This document shows, in pieces, positions 30,336 to 39,543 of a stretch of 64,000 bases of DNA. A model generated the notes under the pieces. It made no database searches and had not been told where the DNA came from. It was given only the letters and a program-made list of their open reading frames with translations. A program made the position numbers and the translations under genes. Origin of the DNA: Terriglobia bacterium (GTDB lineage Bacteria > Acidobacteriota > Terriglobia > JAJPHL01 > JAPKYU01); the NCBI GenBank assembly GCA_965206645.1, contig CBDBKE010000003.1, positions 352,001 through 416,000 of the forward strand, in the 5' to 3' direction. The stretch's first letter is position 1. Each line of letters begins with the position of its first letter.

Positions 30336-31496
30336 ATGATTCGTAAGCCACGGCTTTTCACTCCCGGGCCGACACCCCTGTTGCCGGAGGCCCGGCAGGC
30401 GCTGGCGGCAGCCGATCTGCACCACCGCAGCGCCGAATTCCGCCGCATTTTCCGCAACGTTCTGGAGGACTTGAAGTATTTCTACGGGACCGAGAACCAG
30501 GTGATCCTGTTCACCAGTTCCGGGACCGGCGCCATGGAGGCAGCCATTTCCAACCTGTTCTCCGCCGGCGAGCGCGTCCTGGTCGCTACCTCGGGCAAGT
30601 TCGGTGAGCGCTGGGTGGAGTTGGCGAATGCCTTCGGGCTGGAGGTGGAATGCGTGGCCGCGCCCTACGGCCAGGCGGTGCCGGCAGCCGCGGTGGCTGA
30701 GAAGATGCGCGGCGGTGAATTCCGCGGCGTCTTCATCCAGGCCACGGAAAGCTCCACTGGGGTCCGCCAGGATGTGCGCGGCATCGCCGAAGCTGCACGC
30801 GCCGCCCGGGGTGAGCCCTTGATGGTGGTGGACGCCGTCACCGGCCTGGGCACCACCGCGCTCGAAGTCGACGAATGGGGCCTGGACGTGGTGATCAGCG
30901 GTTCGCAGAAGGCACTGATGATTCCACCCGGGCTGGCCTTTGCCAGCGTCAGCGAGCGCGCCTGGCGACGCATGGAGACTGCCCGGCTGCCGCGTTACTA
31001 CTTTGACTTCCGCAAGGAACGCAGCGCTGCGCAGAACGGCGAAGCCGCCTTCACCCCGGCTACCGCTCTGGTGCTGGGTCTGGCGGAAGTCTTGCGCTAC
31101 GTGCGCGAGCTGGGCCGCGAGCGCCTGATCGCCAACGCCCACCTGCTGGCCGAAGCCACCCGGGCGGCAGTGAGAGCGCTCGGCCTGAAGTTGTTTGCTC
31201 CCGACTCTCCTTCGGACGCCATCACGGCCGTCTGCGCACCCGAGGGCCTGGACTCGGGTGCCATCCTCCAGCAGGTGCGGTCGCAATTCGGCCTGGCGCT
31301 AGCCAACGGACAAAGCAGCCTCAAAGGCCGCATCTTTCGCATCGCTCACCTGGGCTACGTCGATCTCTCCGAAACGCTGGGCCTGCTGGCCTCCCTGGAG
31401 ATCGCGCTCCAGACGCTGCACGTGCCGGTGTCGCTGGGTGCGGGGGTGCGTGCCGCCCAAGAAATCTACTTGCGCGAGACCGAGAAAACCGAATGA
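30336..31496 (+). CDS. Class V PLP aminotransferase (alanine-glyoxylate/serine-pyruvate type), likely serC substitute
   Basis: LFTPGPTP, SSGTGAME, ESSTGV, VDAVT, GSQKALMIPPG (PLP Lys), FRIAHLG; ATGA overlap with serA. Confidence 0.93.
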   Translation: MIRKPRLFTPGPTPLLPEARQALAAADLHHRSAEFRRIFRNVLEDLKYFYGTENQVILFTSSGTGAMEAAISNLFSAGERVLVATSGKFGERWVELANAFGLEVECVAAPYGQAVPAAAVAEKMRGGEFRGVFIQATESSTGVRQDVRGIAEAARAARGEPLMVVDAVTGLGTTALEVDEWGLDVVISGSQKALMIPPGLAFASVSERAWRRMETARLPRYYFDFRKERSAAQNGEAAFTPATALVLGLAEVLRYVRELGRERLIANAHLLAEATRAAVRALGLKLFAPDSPSDAITAVCAPEGLDSGAILQQVRSQFGLALANGQSSLKGRIFRIAHLGYVDLSETLGLLASLEIALQTLHVPVSLGAGVRAAQEIYLRETEKTE

Positions 31497-33094
31497 AGGT
31501 CGTCGTCGCCGAGAAGATTTCCCGTCGTGGCATCGAGTTGCTGAAGTCGGAGCGCTGGAAGGTCGTAGAAACCCCCAGCACCGAGGAGCTGCCGTGGGCG
31601 CTGAAGGATGCCGACGCGCTCATCTTGCGCGGGGGCGTCCAGGTTACAACCGAAGTATTGGAACGGGCGCCAACCCTGCGGGTGGTGGGACGAGCCGGCG
31701 TGGGCGTGGACAATGTGGACCTGGAGGCGGCCACCAAGCGAGGTGTGCTGGTGCTGAACACGCCAGGCGGCAACGCCGTCAGCGTCGCCGAACACACCTT
31801 GGCCCTGATGTTCGCGCTGGCGCGCGCGATTCCTCAGGCCAACCAGTCGGTCAAACAAGGCCGTTGGGAAAAGAAGCACTTCATGGGCCGCGAGCTGCGC
31901 GAGAAGACGCTGGGCGTCGTGGGCCTGGGCCGCACTGGGGTGGAGGTCGCCAAGCGGGCGCGCGCCCTGGAGATGAAGGTGCTAGCTCACGACCCCTATG
32001 TCACCCCGGTGGTGGCCTCGGAAGCCAACGCGGAGCTGGTCAGCCTGAAGCGGCTGCTGGCCGAGAGCGATTACATCAGCCTCCACGTGACGCTCACCCC
32101 GGAAACGGCCGGCCTGATTAACGCTGCCACTCTGGCCCGCATGAAGCCAGGCGTGCGGATCATCAACTGCGCCCGGGGCGAGGTGATCAACGAGCGCGAC
32201 CTGGCCGAGGCGATCCGAGCCGGTAAGGTGGCCGGTGCGGCCCTCGACGTCCTCCACCAGGAGCCGCCGTTGCCCAATCACCCCCTGGCGTCGTTGCCGC
32301 AAGTGATTGCCACGCCGCACATCGCCGGTTCCACTGAGGAGGCCCAGGAGGTGGTCGGCTATCGCATCGCCGAGCAGGTGCGCGAGTATCTCAAGCACGG
32401 GGTCATCATCAACGCGGTGAACGTGCCGGCGCCTTCGCCCGACGAATACCGTAAGCTACAGCCGCACCTGCAACTGGCCGAACGCCTGGGAGCGCTTCTG
32501 GCCCAAATCGCCGAGGGAAACCAGCTCGCAGTCCGCATCGCCTACTTTGGCAAACTGGCGGAGATGAATACCAGCCTGCTCCGCAACGCGGCGCTGAAAG
32601 GCGTGCTGAACCGGGTGCTGGCGGAGAAGGTCAACCTGGTGAATGCCGCCTCCATCGCGGCCGATCGGGGTATGCGGTTGGAAGAGAGCCGCAGCAGCAG
32701 TCGAGCTGAATTCACCGACTCCGTGCGGATCAGTCTGCAAACAGATCGCGCCGAAGCGGTAGCCGAGGGGACGGTGCTGCTGCACAATCCCTTCCCGCGC
32801 CTGCTGGCGGTGGACGGAATCCACATCGAGGCGCCGCTCACTGGCAATCTGCTGTTCTTCAAGAACACTGACGTCCCCGGAGTCATCGGGCGCATCGGGA
32901 CGCTGCTGGGCCGGCGCCGGGTCAACATCGCCAACTTCTCTCTGGGACGCCGTGAGAATAGCAGCCGCCGCAAGGGCCGGGTCGAGGCCGTGGCCGTGAT
33001 CCATTACGACGGCCCGCGCGTGTCCAACTCGGTGTTGGCGGAGCTGCGCAGAATCCCTGCGGTCCGTTTCGTGCGCGCCGTCGAAATCGGCTAG
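31493..33094 (+). CDS. serA: D-3-phosphoglycerate dehydrogenase (long form with ASB and ACT)
   Basis: GRAGVGVDNVD, NTPGGNAVSVAEH, GLGR.G, INCARG, TPHIAGSTEEAQ, DVPGVIG..NIA. Confidence 0.96.
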   Translation: MKVVVAEKISRRGIELLKSERWKVVETPSTEELPWALKDADALILRGGVQVTTEVLERAPTLRVVGRAGVGVDNVDLEAATKRGVLVLNTPGGNAVSVAEHTLALMFALARAIPQANQSVKQGRWEKKHFMGRELREKTLGVVGLGRTGVEVAKRARALEMKVLAHDPYVTPVVASEANAELVSLKRLLAESDYISLHVTLTPETAGLINAATLARMKPGVRIINCARGEVINERDLAEAIRAGKVAGAALDVLHQEPPLPNHPLASLPQVIATPHIAGSTEEAQEVVGYRIAEQVREYLKHGVIINAVNVPAPSPDEYRKLQPHLQLAERLGALLAQIAEGNQLAVRIAYFGKLAEMNTSLLRNAALKGVLNRVLAEKVNLVNAASIAADRGMRLEESRSSSRAEFTDSVRISLQTDRAEAVAEGTVLLHNPFPRLLAVDGIHIEAPLTGNLLFFKNTDVPGVIGRIGTLLGRRRVNIANFSLGRRENSSRRKGRVEAVAVIHYDGPRVSNSVLAELRRIPAVRFVRAVEIG

Positions 33095-33109
33095 AAGTCA
33101 GTCGTTACA

Positions 33110-33146
33110 GGGATGACGGGGCTCTCGGGGCTTTTTGGTCATCCCG
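33110..33146. terminator. Possible bidirectional terminator hairpin
   Basis: GGGATGAC...GTCATCCC inverted repeat between convergent serA and the YcxB-like gene. Confidence 0.4.
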
Positions 33147-33657
33147 CGGCGAATGGCGTGCTCTGACCTCGATTTTCGACAAATTGCTTGCACTCCGACC
33201 GCAACAGCTCTCGGAATTGGTCTGCAGCTTCCGGTTTCGTAAAAGCCCTCTTGGGAATGTAGACGGGCCGTTTCCCGGTGATCAGGAACCCATCCCGACC
33301 CTCATGAATCTCTCCGCACTGGTCCCATCGCAACGACCACTCCGACGCACCTTTGGAAAACTGGAATCCTTCCCGATTGGCTCGTAGGCGGACCGGTGTA
33401 TCGGCGGCTCGCTTGGGAGTCAGCAGTGGCCGCCGTCGGGAAAACACCAAGTCCGACGTCCACGCGATCACGATGACCGTCAACAGGGCGGTTACCCAAG
33501 TCCAACCTGAGAAAACGAGTTGATAAATGAGTACGGGCAGGGCTACTAGAATGGCTTTTCTTCTGAGCGGCCCGCTGTCGCGTCGTGGCACGATCGTCCA
33601 GATGTGCTTGAGGTCCTCATCGGTGTAGGAGAACTCCAGCTCGATGGGCTCTGTCAT
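33139..33657 (-). CDS. YcxB-like membrane protein
   Basis: Two TM segments then W..C.EI.E..DGFLI...YIPKRAF, typical of the YcxB C-terminal domain. Confidence 0.75.
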   Translation of the reverse strand: MTEPIELEFSYTDEDLKHIWTIVPRRDSGPLRRKAILVALPVLIYQLVFSGWTWVTALLTVIVIAWTSDLVFSRRRPLLTPKRAADTPVRLRANREGFQFSKGASEWSLRWDQCGEIHEGRDGFLITGKRPVYIPKRAFTKPEAADQFRELLRSECKQFVENRGQSTPFAAG

Positions 33658-33849
33658 GAGGGTCGGTCGCGATTCAGCTTACTGGGGGGGGGGGAGTCGT
33701 CCGCTGAGCCGTCGGGGCCTCGATTAGACCTCGGTTCGCCGCCCGAGTCAACTGCCCCGACAGGATCCGCCTGCGTCGCTCCCCGTTTGATTCCATTCGC
33801 TGCAAGAAGCTTGGGGGGCCCGCCCCGAATCGGCTAAACTTCGGGCTGC

Positions 33850-34911
33850 ATGCAGAATGGGAAAAACCAGCGCCAGGGGATCAAGCTGCTGCGCGGCCTG
33901 GTGCGCCATGCTCCGTTTGCGCTGAAGAATTTCCGGCACTACTTCCAGAACCTGTACCGCCGTAAGATCCTGCGTACGAACGTCGTTGCCCCCTATGCCG
34001 CGGTGCTCTACGTGACCCACAAGTGCAATCTGGCCTGCACCTACTGCACGCAGAAGGAACCGGACGTGTTCAGCGACGAGCTATCAACCGCAGACACGAT
34101 CCGGCTGCTCGGCATCATGCGCCGCGAAACCGACTCGATTCTGTTCACCGGCGGCGAGCCCCTGCTGCGCAACGACATGGAAGAACTGGCGCACGCCGCC
34201 CGGCACGATATCCGGTTTCGCTCGGTCCTGCTGGTCACCAACGGCACGTTGCTGCACCGCCGGCAAAAGCTGTTCGACTCGCTCACCGGCCTGGTGGTCA
34301 GCCTGGACGCTCTCGCCATGGACACCCGCTGGCCCATGTCGAAGTCGGCAGTGGTCCCCAAAGTGCTGGAAAACCTGCAACTGGCCCGCTCGCGTATGCC
34401 CTCGCCGGGCACCATCAGCGTCAGCACCGTGATCGAAGAGTGGAACATCGCCGAGATCGAGCGCATCCTGGACTTCTGCGGCGAGCACGGGTTCGTCTTC
34501 GCCACCCAGACTGCGCTGAAAGACAAGATGCCGAACCTGCGCTTGCTTACTAACCCGCGCTACCGGCAACTAGTGGACAGGATCGTCGAGCGCCGCCGCC
34601 AGAAGCTCCAGCCCATCAACGGCACCCCCAGGCTGATCCGCACCCTGCTGGAGTTCGGCGACTTTCAGTGCTTCCCCACCATGTTTCCCCGCGTGTATCC
34701 CAACGGCGATGTGTTTTATCCCTGCGAACCACTGAAGAAAATCGGCGGCAACCTGCTCCGGGAGGGTTCGTTCACGAAAGTCTTTGCACGTGGGAAGAAG
34801 CTATACGGGGACATTCCCGCCTGCCACGCGATCTGCCACCTGTTCGGCAACGTCCTCTCTTCCTATTACGCCAAAGACTTCTGGGGCCTGTCCGGCGACT
34901 ACGTCCGCTGA
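33850..34911 (+). CDS. Radical SAM enzyme with C-terminal Cys (twitch/SPASM-like) region
   Basis: CNLACTYC, FTGGEPLLR, VTNGTLL, VSLD; C-terminal C..PNGDV.YPC..CHAIC. Confidence 0.92.
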   Translation: MQNGKNQRQGIKLLRGLVRHAPFALKNFRHYFQNLYRRKILRTNVVAPYAAVLYVTHKCNLACTYCTQKEPDVFSDELSTADTIRLLGIMRRETDSILFTGGEPLLRNDMEELAHAARHDIRFRSVLLVTNGTLLHRRQKLFDSLTGLVVSLDALAMDTRWPMSKSAVVPKVLENLQLARSRMPSPGTISVSTVIEEWNIAEIERILDFCGEHGFVFATQTALKDKMPNLRLLTNPRYRQLVDRIVERRRQKLQPINGTPRLIRTLLEFGDFQCFPTMFPRVYPNGDVFYPCEPLKKIGGNLLREGSFTKVFARGKKLYGDIPACHAICHLFGNVLSSYYAKDFWGLSGDYVR

Positions 34912-34979
34912 AAGCTGCAGGTCGTATCCCAGCGCCAGATTTGTGTTTCCAGCACCCAGATGTCCGTTGGTGAACCTCG

Positions 34980-35558
34980 TCACTCGCCCTGTTGGGGCTG
35001 GCGTGCCGCGCTCCACGGCGGCACGATCCCATTCATCCGCGCGTAGGCGATCGCCTGGCCCAGATGCTCGTGCTGGTGCAAGGCCATCATCAGGAACAGG
35101 TCCCGCACAGTGGTCTGACGGCCAAACATCTCCACCGGCTTGTCCATCTCAGCGTCGGGGGTCTTCAGCGCCGCCTGACGGACATGCTCAAATGACTGTT
35201 TCAGCAACTCCAGGACCTTGGCCTTGTCGGTGATTTTCTCCAGGTCGCGACCCACGTCGGCCGGTGGGGCAACGCCGATCATCCCCGTCAGGAAAAAGTT
35301 CGCCCCAGCCACGTGCATGTAGGCCTCGCTCACCGACCGGACTCCCTCCCCCGGCCGCCAGGTGTATTTCTCCTCGGGCATGGCCTCAGCAAGGTCCAGG
35401 AGCTTCTTCTCCACCCCGTCGAGCTGGTTGAGGAACTCGGCGCGGAACCCGGTGGCCTCCGGCGGCGAAGGAGACTCGCCAGCGCAGGCGAATTCCCCGA
35501 TCGCACCGGAGCCCAACAGGCAAACCAGGACTAGAGCACTCAAGGCTGCTCGTTTCAT
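34980..35558 (-). CDS. DinB family protein with signal peptide
   Basis: LAEAMPEEKYTWRP.EGVRS..E..MHVA, HQHEHLGQ.IAY.R.NGIVPP; GAAGGAG RBS before ATG 35558. Confidence 0.9.
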   Translation of the reverse strand: MKRAALSALVLVCLLGSGAIGEFACAGESPSPPEATGFRAEFLNQLDGVEKKLLDLAEAMPEEKYTWRPGEGVRSVSEAYMHVAGANFFLTGMIGVAPPADVGRDLEKITDKAKVLELLKQSFEHVRQAALKTPDAEMDKPVEMFGRQTTVRDLFLMMALHQHEHLGQAIAYARMNGIVPPWSAARQPQQGE

Positions 35559-35653
35559 GTTTCGTTCTCCTCCTTCACAAAGGGGTCGAATATCGCTTTG
35601 CCCCTGCGCGCTCTGCCGCTTGGCGCGCAGGTGGGCTACATCGGCTCGAAGTT

Positions 35654-36115
35654 TCAATTGGCCCCGGCAGCTTTGCGCGATTGTTGCATGTATTGCCGGA
35701 CCGTCTCCAGCGAACCGGGGGCCCGTCGCTCGGACCATTTCTTGTAGCGTTGTGCCGCCTTCTCCAGGTTCGAGAACATGTGAGGGTTGCGGAATCCTTG
35801 CCGCATAGCACCCACCACTGGCTCCATGCACTCCCACACCCGAAAGAACTCGCCGCCGGTCAGGAAGAACAGCTCTTCATGCAGCAGGCCGTTGTTCAGC
35901 AACAGGCAAGCCTGGTCCCAATAGCTGACCACCATGCGCATAGAGACGTTTTCCTGGGAGCCTGGCGGGGCCAGCCGCTGTAGGTCTTCCATGGTCTCGG
36001 GAAAGAAGTTTTGCAGGTACCACTCCCGGGCTTGGCGAATCCTGGCCTCCCGCCGCAAATCGTACAGTTGCAGTTGCAGTTGCCCCTGGGCATGAGTCGG
36101 TTTTCCTTTAGCCAT
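35654..36115 (-). CDS. Hypothetical protein (DUF4760-like)
   Basis: LYDLRRE..R.AR.W...RMVVSYWD...G.L.E.LF pattern; GGAGGAGGAG RBS. Confidence 0.75.
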   Translation of the reverse strand: MAKGKPTHAQGQLQLQLYDLRREARIRQAREWYLQNFFPETMEDLQRLAPPGSQENVSMRMVVSYWDQACLLLNNGLLHEELFFLTGGEFFRVWECMEPVVGAMRQGFRNPHMFSNLEKAAQRYKKWSERRAPGSLETVRQYMQQSRKAAGAN

Positions 36116-36125
36116 TGTCTCCTCC

Positions 36126-36264
36126 TCCAGACCTATTCCAGACCTACTCCAAAATTGATGGGCCCCTATCCTACCTCAAAACGGCCTCACAACTGACCCC
36201 CCAACCGACCCCCCAACCGACCTCACAACCGGCTCACAACCGGCTCACAACCTATCTCACAATT
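36126..36264. repeat. Intergenic minisatellites (11-12 nt units)
   Basis: TCCAGACCTA(T/C) x2.5, then about 8 units of (C)CTCACAACCGG / CCCCCCAACCGA. Confidence 0.85.
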
Positions 36265-36860
36265 GGCAGCTCGCGGTGGAGCTGGCTGCGCAGGGTCGTC
36301 TCTGCAATCCGGGCCAGATGCTCGGCGAAGAAACCATCGTAATAAAACTCTTGAGGACTTTCTTCACTGGAGACGCGCAAGCGCCAGCCCCCTACGGTGG
36401 GTTCGGCTCGAACCGAGGAAATCGAGCCAACAGGAATTTCGAGAAGGGGCTGGTGCTCCAGGTCGAGCACATGCAAGGCCTCCGGGGCCAGGAACAGCCG
36501 CACCGGGCGCGGCGGCTTGCCAGCCCGGCTGAATCTCCCACCATTGAGCACCACCAAGGCTCCCAGCTCGCGCGCCTGCTCGTCCACGGATCTTTTTCCC
36601 CGCGCCGGGCGCACGAATAGGGCCAGCAACAGCAGTGATAGCCCAAGCAGGAGCTGGCTCGTGGATGCTCCCTGGTCCGCGAGCAGGAAGATTCCGATCA
36701 GGGCCACAGCAAAACGGAGAAGGTTCCACCAGCGGGGGCGCCGGCGCAGGGCCAGGCCCTTGGGGATCAGCAGCACCAGGGAAAACAGGACAAACAGGGC
36801 TGCCCGCCGCAGCCGCTGGGCCAAGCTCGCCTTTGCCGGTCCGGATGGCTCCTGCGCCAT
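36252..36860 (-). CDS. Hypothetical membrane protein
   Basis: Three hydrophobic segments then a soluble domain; directly downstream of the acyl-CoA ligase. Confidence 0.75.
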   Translation of the reverse strand: MAQEPSGPAKASLAQRLRRAALFVLFSLVLLIPKGLALRRRPRWWNLLRFAVALIGIFLLADQGASTSQLLLGLSLLLLALFVRPARGKRSVDEQARELGALVVLNGGRFSRAGKPPRPVRLFLAPEALHVLDLEHQPLLEIPVGSISSVRAEPTVGGWRLRVSSEESPQEFYYDGFFAEHLARIAETTLRSQLHRELPIVR

Positions 36861-36869
36861 GTCTTGGTG

Positions 36870-38483
36870 CTAGCCGCGGGTTCGAGCAGCGGCGCTGAAC
36901 ATCTTCCGCAGACGGAATTTCTGGACCTTGCCGCTGGCAGTCTGAGGGAAGCCCTCCACGAAATGGATGTAGCGGGGGACCTTGAAAGCAGCAATGCGGG
37001 CGCGGACAAACTCGCGAATTTCCTCGGCATCCGCCGCACCAACCTTCAGGCGCACGGCCGCCGCCACCTCCTCGCCGAGCCGGTCGTTCGGCACGCCGAA
37101 TACGGCCACGTCGCTGACCTTCGGATGTGTGCGCAATAGCTCCTCGATTTCTTTCGGGTAAATGTTCTCGCCGCCGCGGATAATCACCTCCTTCAGGCGC
37201 CCGGTAATGGTGAAATAACCCTCCGCGTCCCGGGTGGCCAGGTCGCCACTGTGCAACCAGCCATCGTGCGTAATCACCTCCTCGGTGGCCTTCGGATTGT
37301 TGTAGTAGCCCTTCATTACCAGGTAGCCCCGGGCAACCAACTCCCCTTGCCGGCCGGAAGGAAGCTCCTCCAGCGTGGCCGGATTGACAATTTTGGCCTC
37401 GACATGCGGCAGCGCGCGGCCGACCGTAACGAGCCGCTTTTCCAGCGGATCCTGAGGCCGGGTCTGCGTGATGACGGGCGAGGCTTCGGTGAGACCGTAG
37501 GCGATTGTTAGCTCGGGGATATGCATCTGTTCCATCACCCGGCGCACCACGGTCGCCGGACAGACCGAGCCGGCCATCACCCCGGTGCGGAGGCAGGTCA
37601 AATCGAACTGGGAAAAATCCGGGTGGTCCATCTCCGCCAGAAACATGCTCGGCACGCCCAGCACGGCCGTGCAGCGCTCGCGGTGGATCGTCTGCAGCAC
37701 TTGAACGGGATCAAACTTTTCCACCAGGGCTAGGCCGGCCGCATGCGTGTATCCGCCCAGAACGCCGATCACGCAACCGAAGCAGTGGAACAGGGGCACG
37801 GGGACGCAGACGCGGTCGTCCAGGGTGAGCCCGAGCGCGACGCCGACCCAGTGGCCGTTGTTCACTGTGTTGCGATGCGTAAGCATCACGCCCTTCGGAA
37901 AGCCGGTCGTTCCGGAGGTGTACTGCATGTTGATCAAATCGTCGAGCTCGAGCGACTGCTCGCGCCGGCGAAGTTCAGCAGCGGACACGCGCCCGGCGAG
38001 CTGCTCCAGATGGCGAAACGGCTGAGCTCCGTTGGGCGCCGCCGGCCCGAAAAAATATTTCTGGCGAAGCTGGGGCAACGGCGGCAGGGACGCCAGAACC
38101 TCCGGGTAGCTCACGTCGCGGAAACCCGGGCCGAAGAACAACGCGTTCGATTCCGATTGCCGCAGCAAGTACTCGACCTCGGCCTCCTTGAACGCGGTGT
38201 TCACCGTGACCAGCACTACGCCGGCGCGGGCCAGGGCAAATTCCAGCAGCACCCACTCGGCGATGTTGGTGACCCAGACTGCGGCACGGTCGCCCTTCTG
38301 CAGTCCGGCGGCCATCGCCCCGCGGGCGTAGACGTCGGCCCATTGGTCGAGTTCGCGAAATGTCCAGCGGAGATTCGTTTTCGAGGCGCCAAAAGGCGAG
38401 TGGGCCACCAGCGCCAGCCGGTCGGGATGATCACGTGCCGCCCGCCGCAAAACCTCGCCCACAGGCAGGTCGGGATGTTGCAT
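36870..38483 (-). CDS. AMP-dependent acyl-CoA synthetase
   Basis: YTSGTTGFPKG, PLFHCFG, AYGLTEASP, GWLHSGDL, IIRGGENIYP.EIE, TASGKVQK. Confidence 0.96.
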   Translation of the reverse strand: MQHPDLPVGEVLRRAARDHPDRLALVAHSPFGASKTNLRWTFRELDQWADVYARGAMAAGLQKGDRAAVWVTNIAEWVLLEFALARAGVVLVTVNTAFKEAEVEYLLRQSESNALFFGPGFRDVSYPEVLASLPPLPQLRQKYFFGPAAPNGAQPFRHLEQLAGRVSAAELRRREQSLELDDLINMQYTSGTTGFPKGVMLTHRNTVNNGHWVGVALGLTLDDRVCVPVPLFHCFGCVIGVLGGYTHAAGLALVEKFDPVQVLQTIHRERCTAVLGVPSMFLAEMDHPDFSQFDLTCLRTGVMAGSVCPATVVRRVMEQMHIPELTIAYGLTEASPVITQTRPQDPLEKRLVTVGRALPHVEAKIVNPATLEELPSGRQGELVARGYLVMKGYYNNPKATEEVITHDGWLHSGDLATRDAEGYFTITGRLKEVIIRGGENIYPKEIEELLRTHPKVSDVAVFGVPNDRLGEEVAAAVRLKVGAADAEEIREFVRARIAAFKVPRYIHFVEGFPQTASGKVQKFRLRKMFSAAARTRG

Positions 38484-38543
38484 GGATAGCTTTCAGCCGG
38501 TACTGGATTAGCCCGACAAATGAGCCTGAGGACCCAAAGTATA

Positions 38544-39488
38544 CTACGGCGTAAAAGCCGCCCGGAATGAGTTCTCCGCCAGGCGACGTAGTTCGTCGCG
38601 GCTGAAGCCGAGCGCGTCATGGGCGAGCGCATACTCGCGCACCAGTTCGGTCCCAAACATGCTCGGATCGTCGGTGGAAAGCGAGACCAGCATTCCTACG
38701 TCAAAGAAGCGCCGTAGCGGGTGTCGTGGGAGGCTCTCCAGGACGCCGGTGCGCAGGTTGCTGGACAGGCACACGTCTACGGGGACTTGCTTCTCGGCCA
38801 GGTGGCCTACCAATTGGGGGTCGCGGATGGCGCTCAGGCCGTGGCCGATGCGCTCGGCTCCCAGAGCGCGCAAAGCTCCCCAGACAGATTCCGGGCCCGC
38901 GGTTTCGCCGGCATGTGCAGTCAGCCGCAGTCCTTCGCTCCGGGCGTAAGCGTAGACTTCGCGGAACAGCTCGGGTGGAGCCTGGGTCTCGTCTCCGCCG
39001 ATGCCGATGGCGACCACGCCGCGCTCGCGCAGCCGTGCCGCCCGGCGGGCCATCTGCATGGCCGCCTCCGGGCCGAACTGGCGAGTCGCGTCGAAAATCC
39101 ACCGCACTTCGATTTCGCCTCCCTGCTGGCCGCGGCGACAGCCGGTTCGCGCCCCTTCGAATAGCTCTTCGAGCGGCCTGTTCTGCCACAGCAGCACACC
39201 AGCGGCCAGATAGATTTCCGCGTAGCTTACTCCCGCAGCCTGTAGGCGCCGCACCAGCCGGCGGGTGATCAGCTCGTAGTCTTCGGGGCTGCGCAAGTAC
39301 TGGCAGACCGTCTTGAATGCCACCAGGAAACCTGGGAAGTCCCGGAAGCGATAGAGCTCAGCCGGCGGAGGCGGGAGGCTGTGCCGCGCGGCCAACTCCC
39401 GCAGCGTTTCCAGGTCCACCGAGCCCTCCAGGTGCAAGTGGACTTCGGCCTTGGGCAGTGAGACGATGAACTTTTCGAGATCCGTCAA
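38544..39488 (-). CDS. add: Adenosine/adenine deaminase
   Basis: LPKAEVHLHLEGS, TAHAGE, ERIGHG, VCLSSN, STDDPSMF. Confidence 0.93.
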   Translation of the reverse strand: MTDLEKFIVSLPKAEVHLHLEGSVDLETLRELAARHSLPPPPAELYRFRDFPGFLVAFKTVCQYLRSPEDYELITRRLVRRLQAAGVSYAEIYLAAGVLLWQNRPLEELFEGARTGCRRGQQGGEIEVRWIFDATRQFGPEAAMQMARRAARLRERGVVAIGIGGDETQAPPELFREVYAYARSEGLRLTAHAGETAGPESVWGALRALGAERIGHGLSAIRDPQLVGHLAEKQVPVDVCLSSNLRTGVLESLPRHPLRRFFDVGMLVSLSTDDPSMFGTELVREYALAHDALGFSRDELRRLAENSFRAAFTP

Positions 39489-39543
39489 GGGGATGCCATC
39501 ATATCGGAACCAGCCGACGCCTCGCCTCGTCTTTCACTTGGGT

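Noticed and set aside
33691-33784. SRP 4.5S RNA or tRNA
   Set aside because: No SRP domain IV motif with GGAA tetraloop and no TTCRA T-loop/cloverleaf on either strand.
33850-34911. HpnH or a membrane-spanning lipid synthase
   Set aside because: No hopanoid genes adjacent, no B12-binding domain and no diagnostic motif I can confirm.
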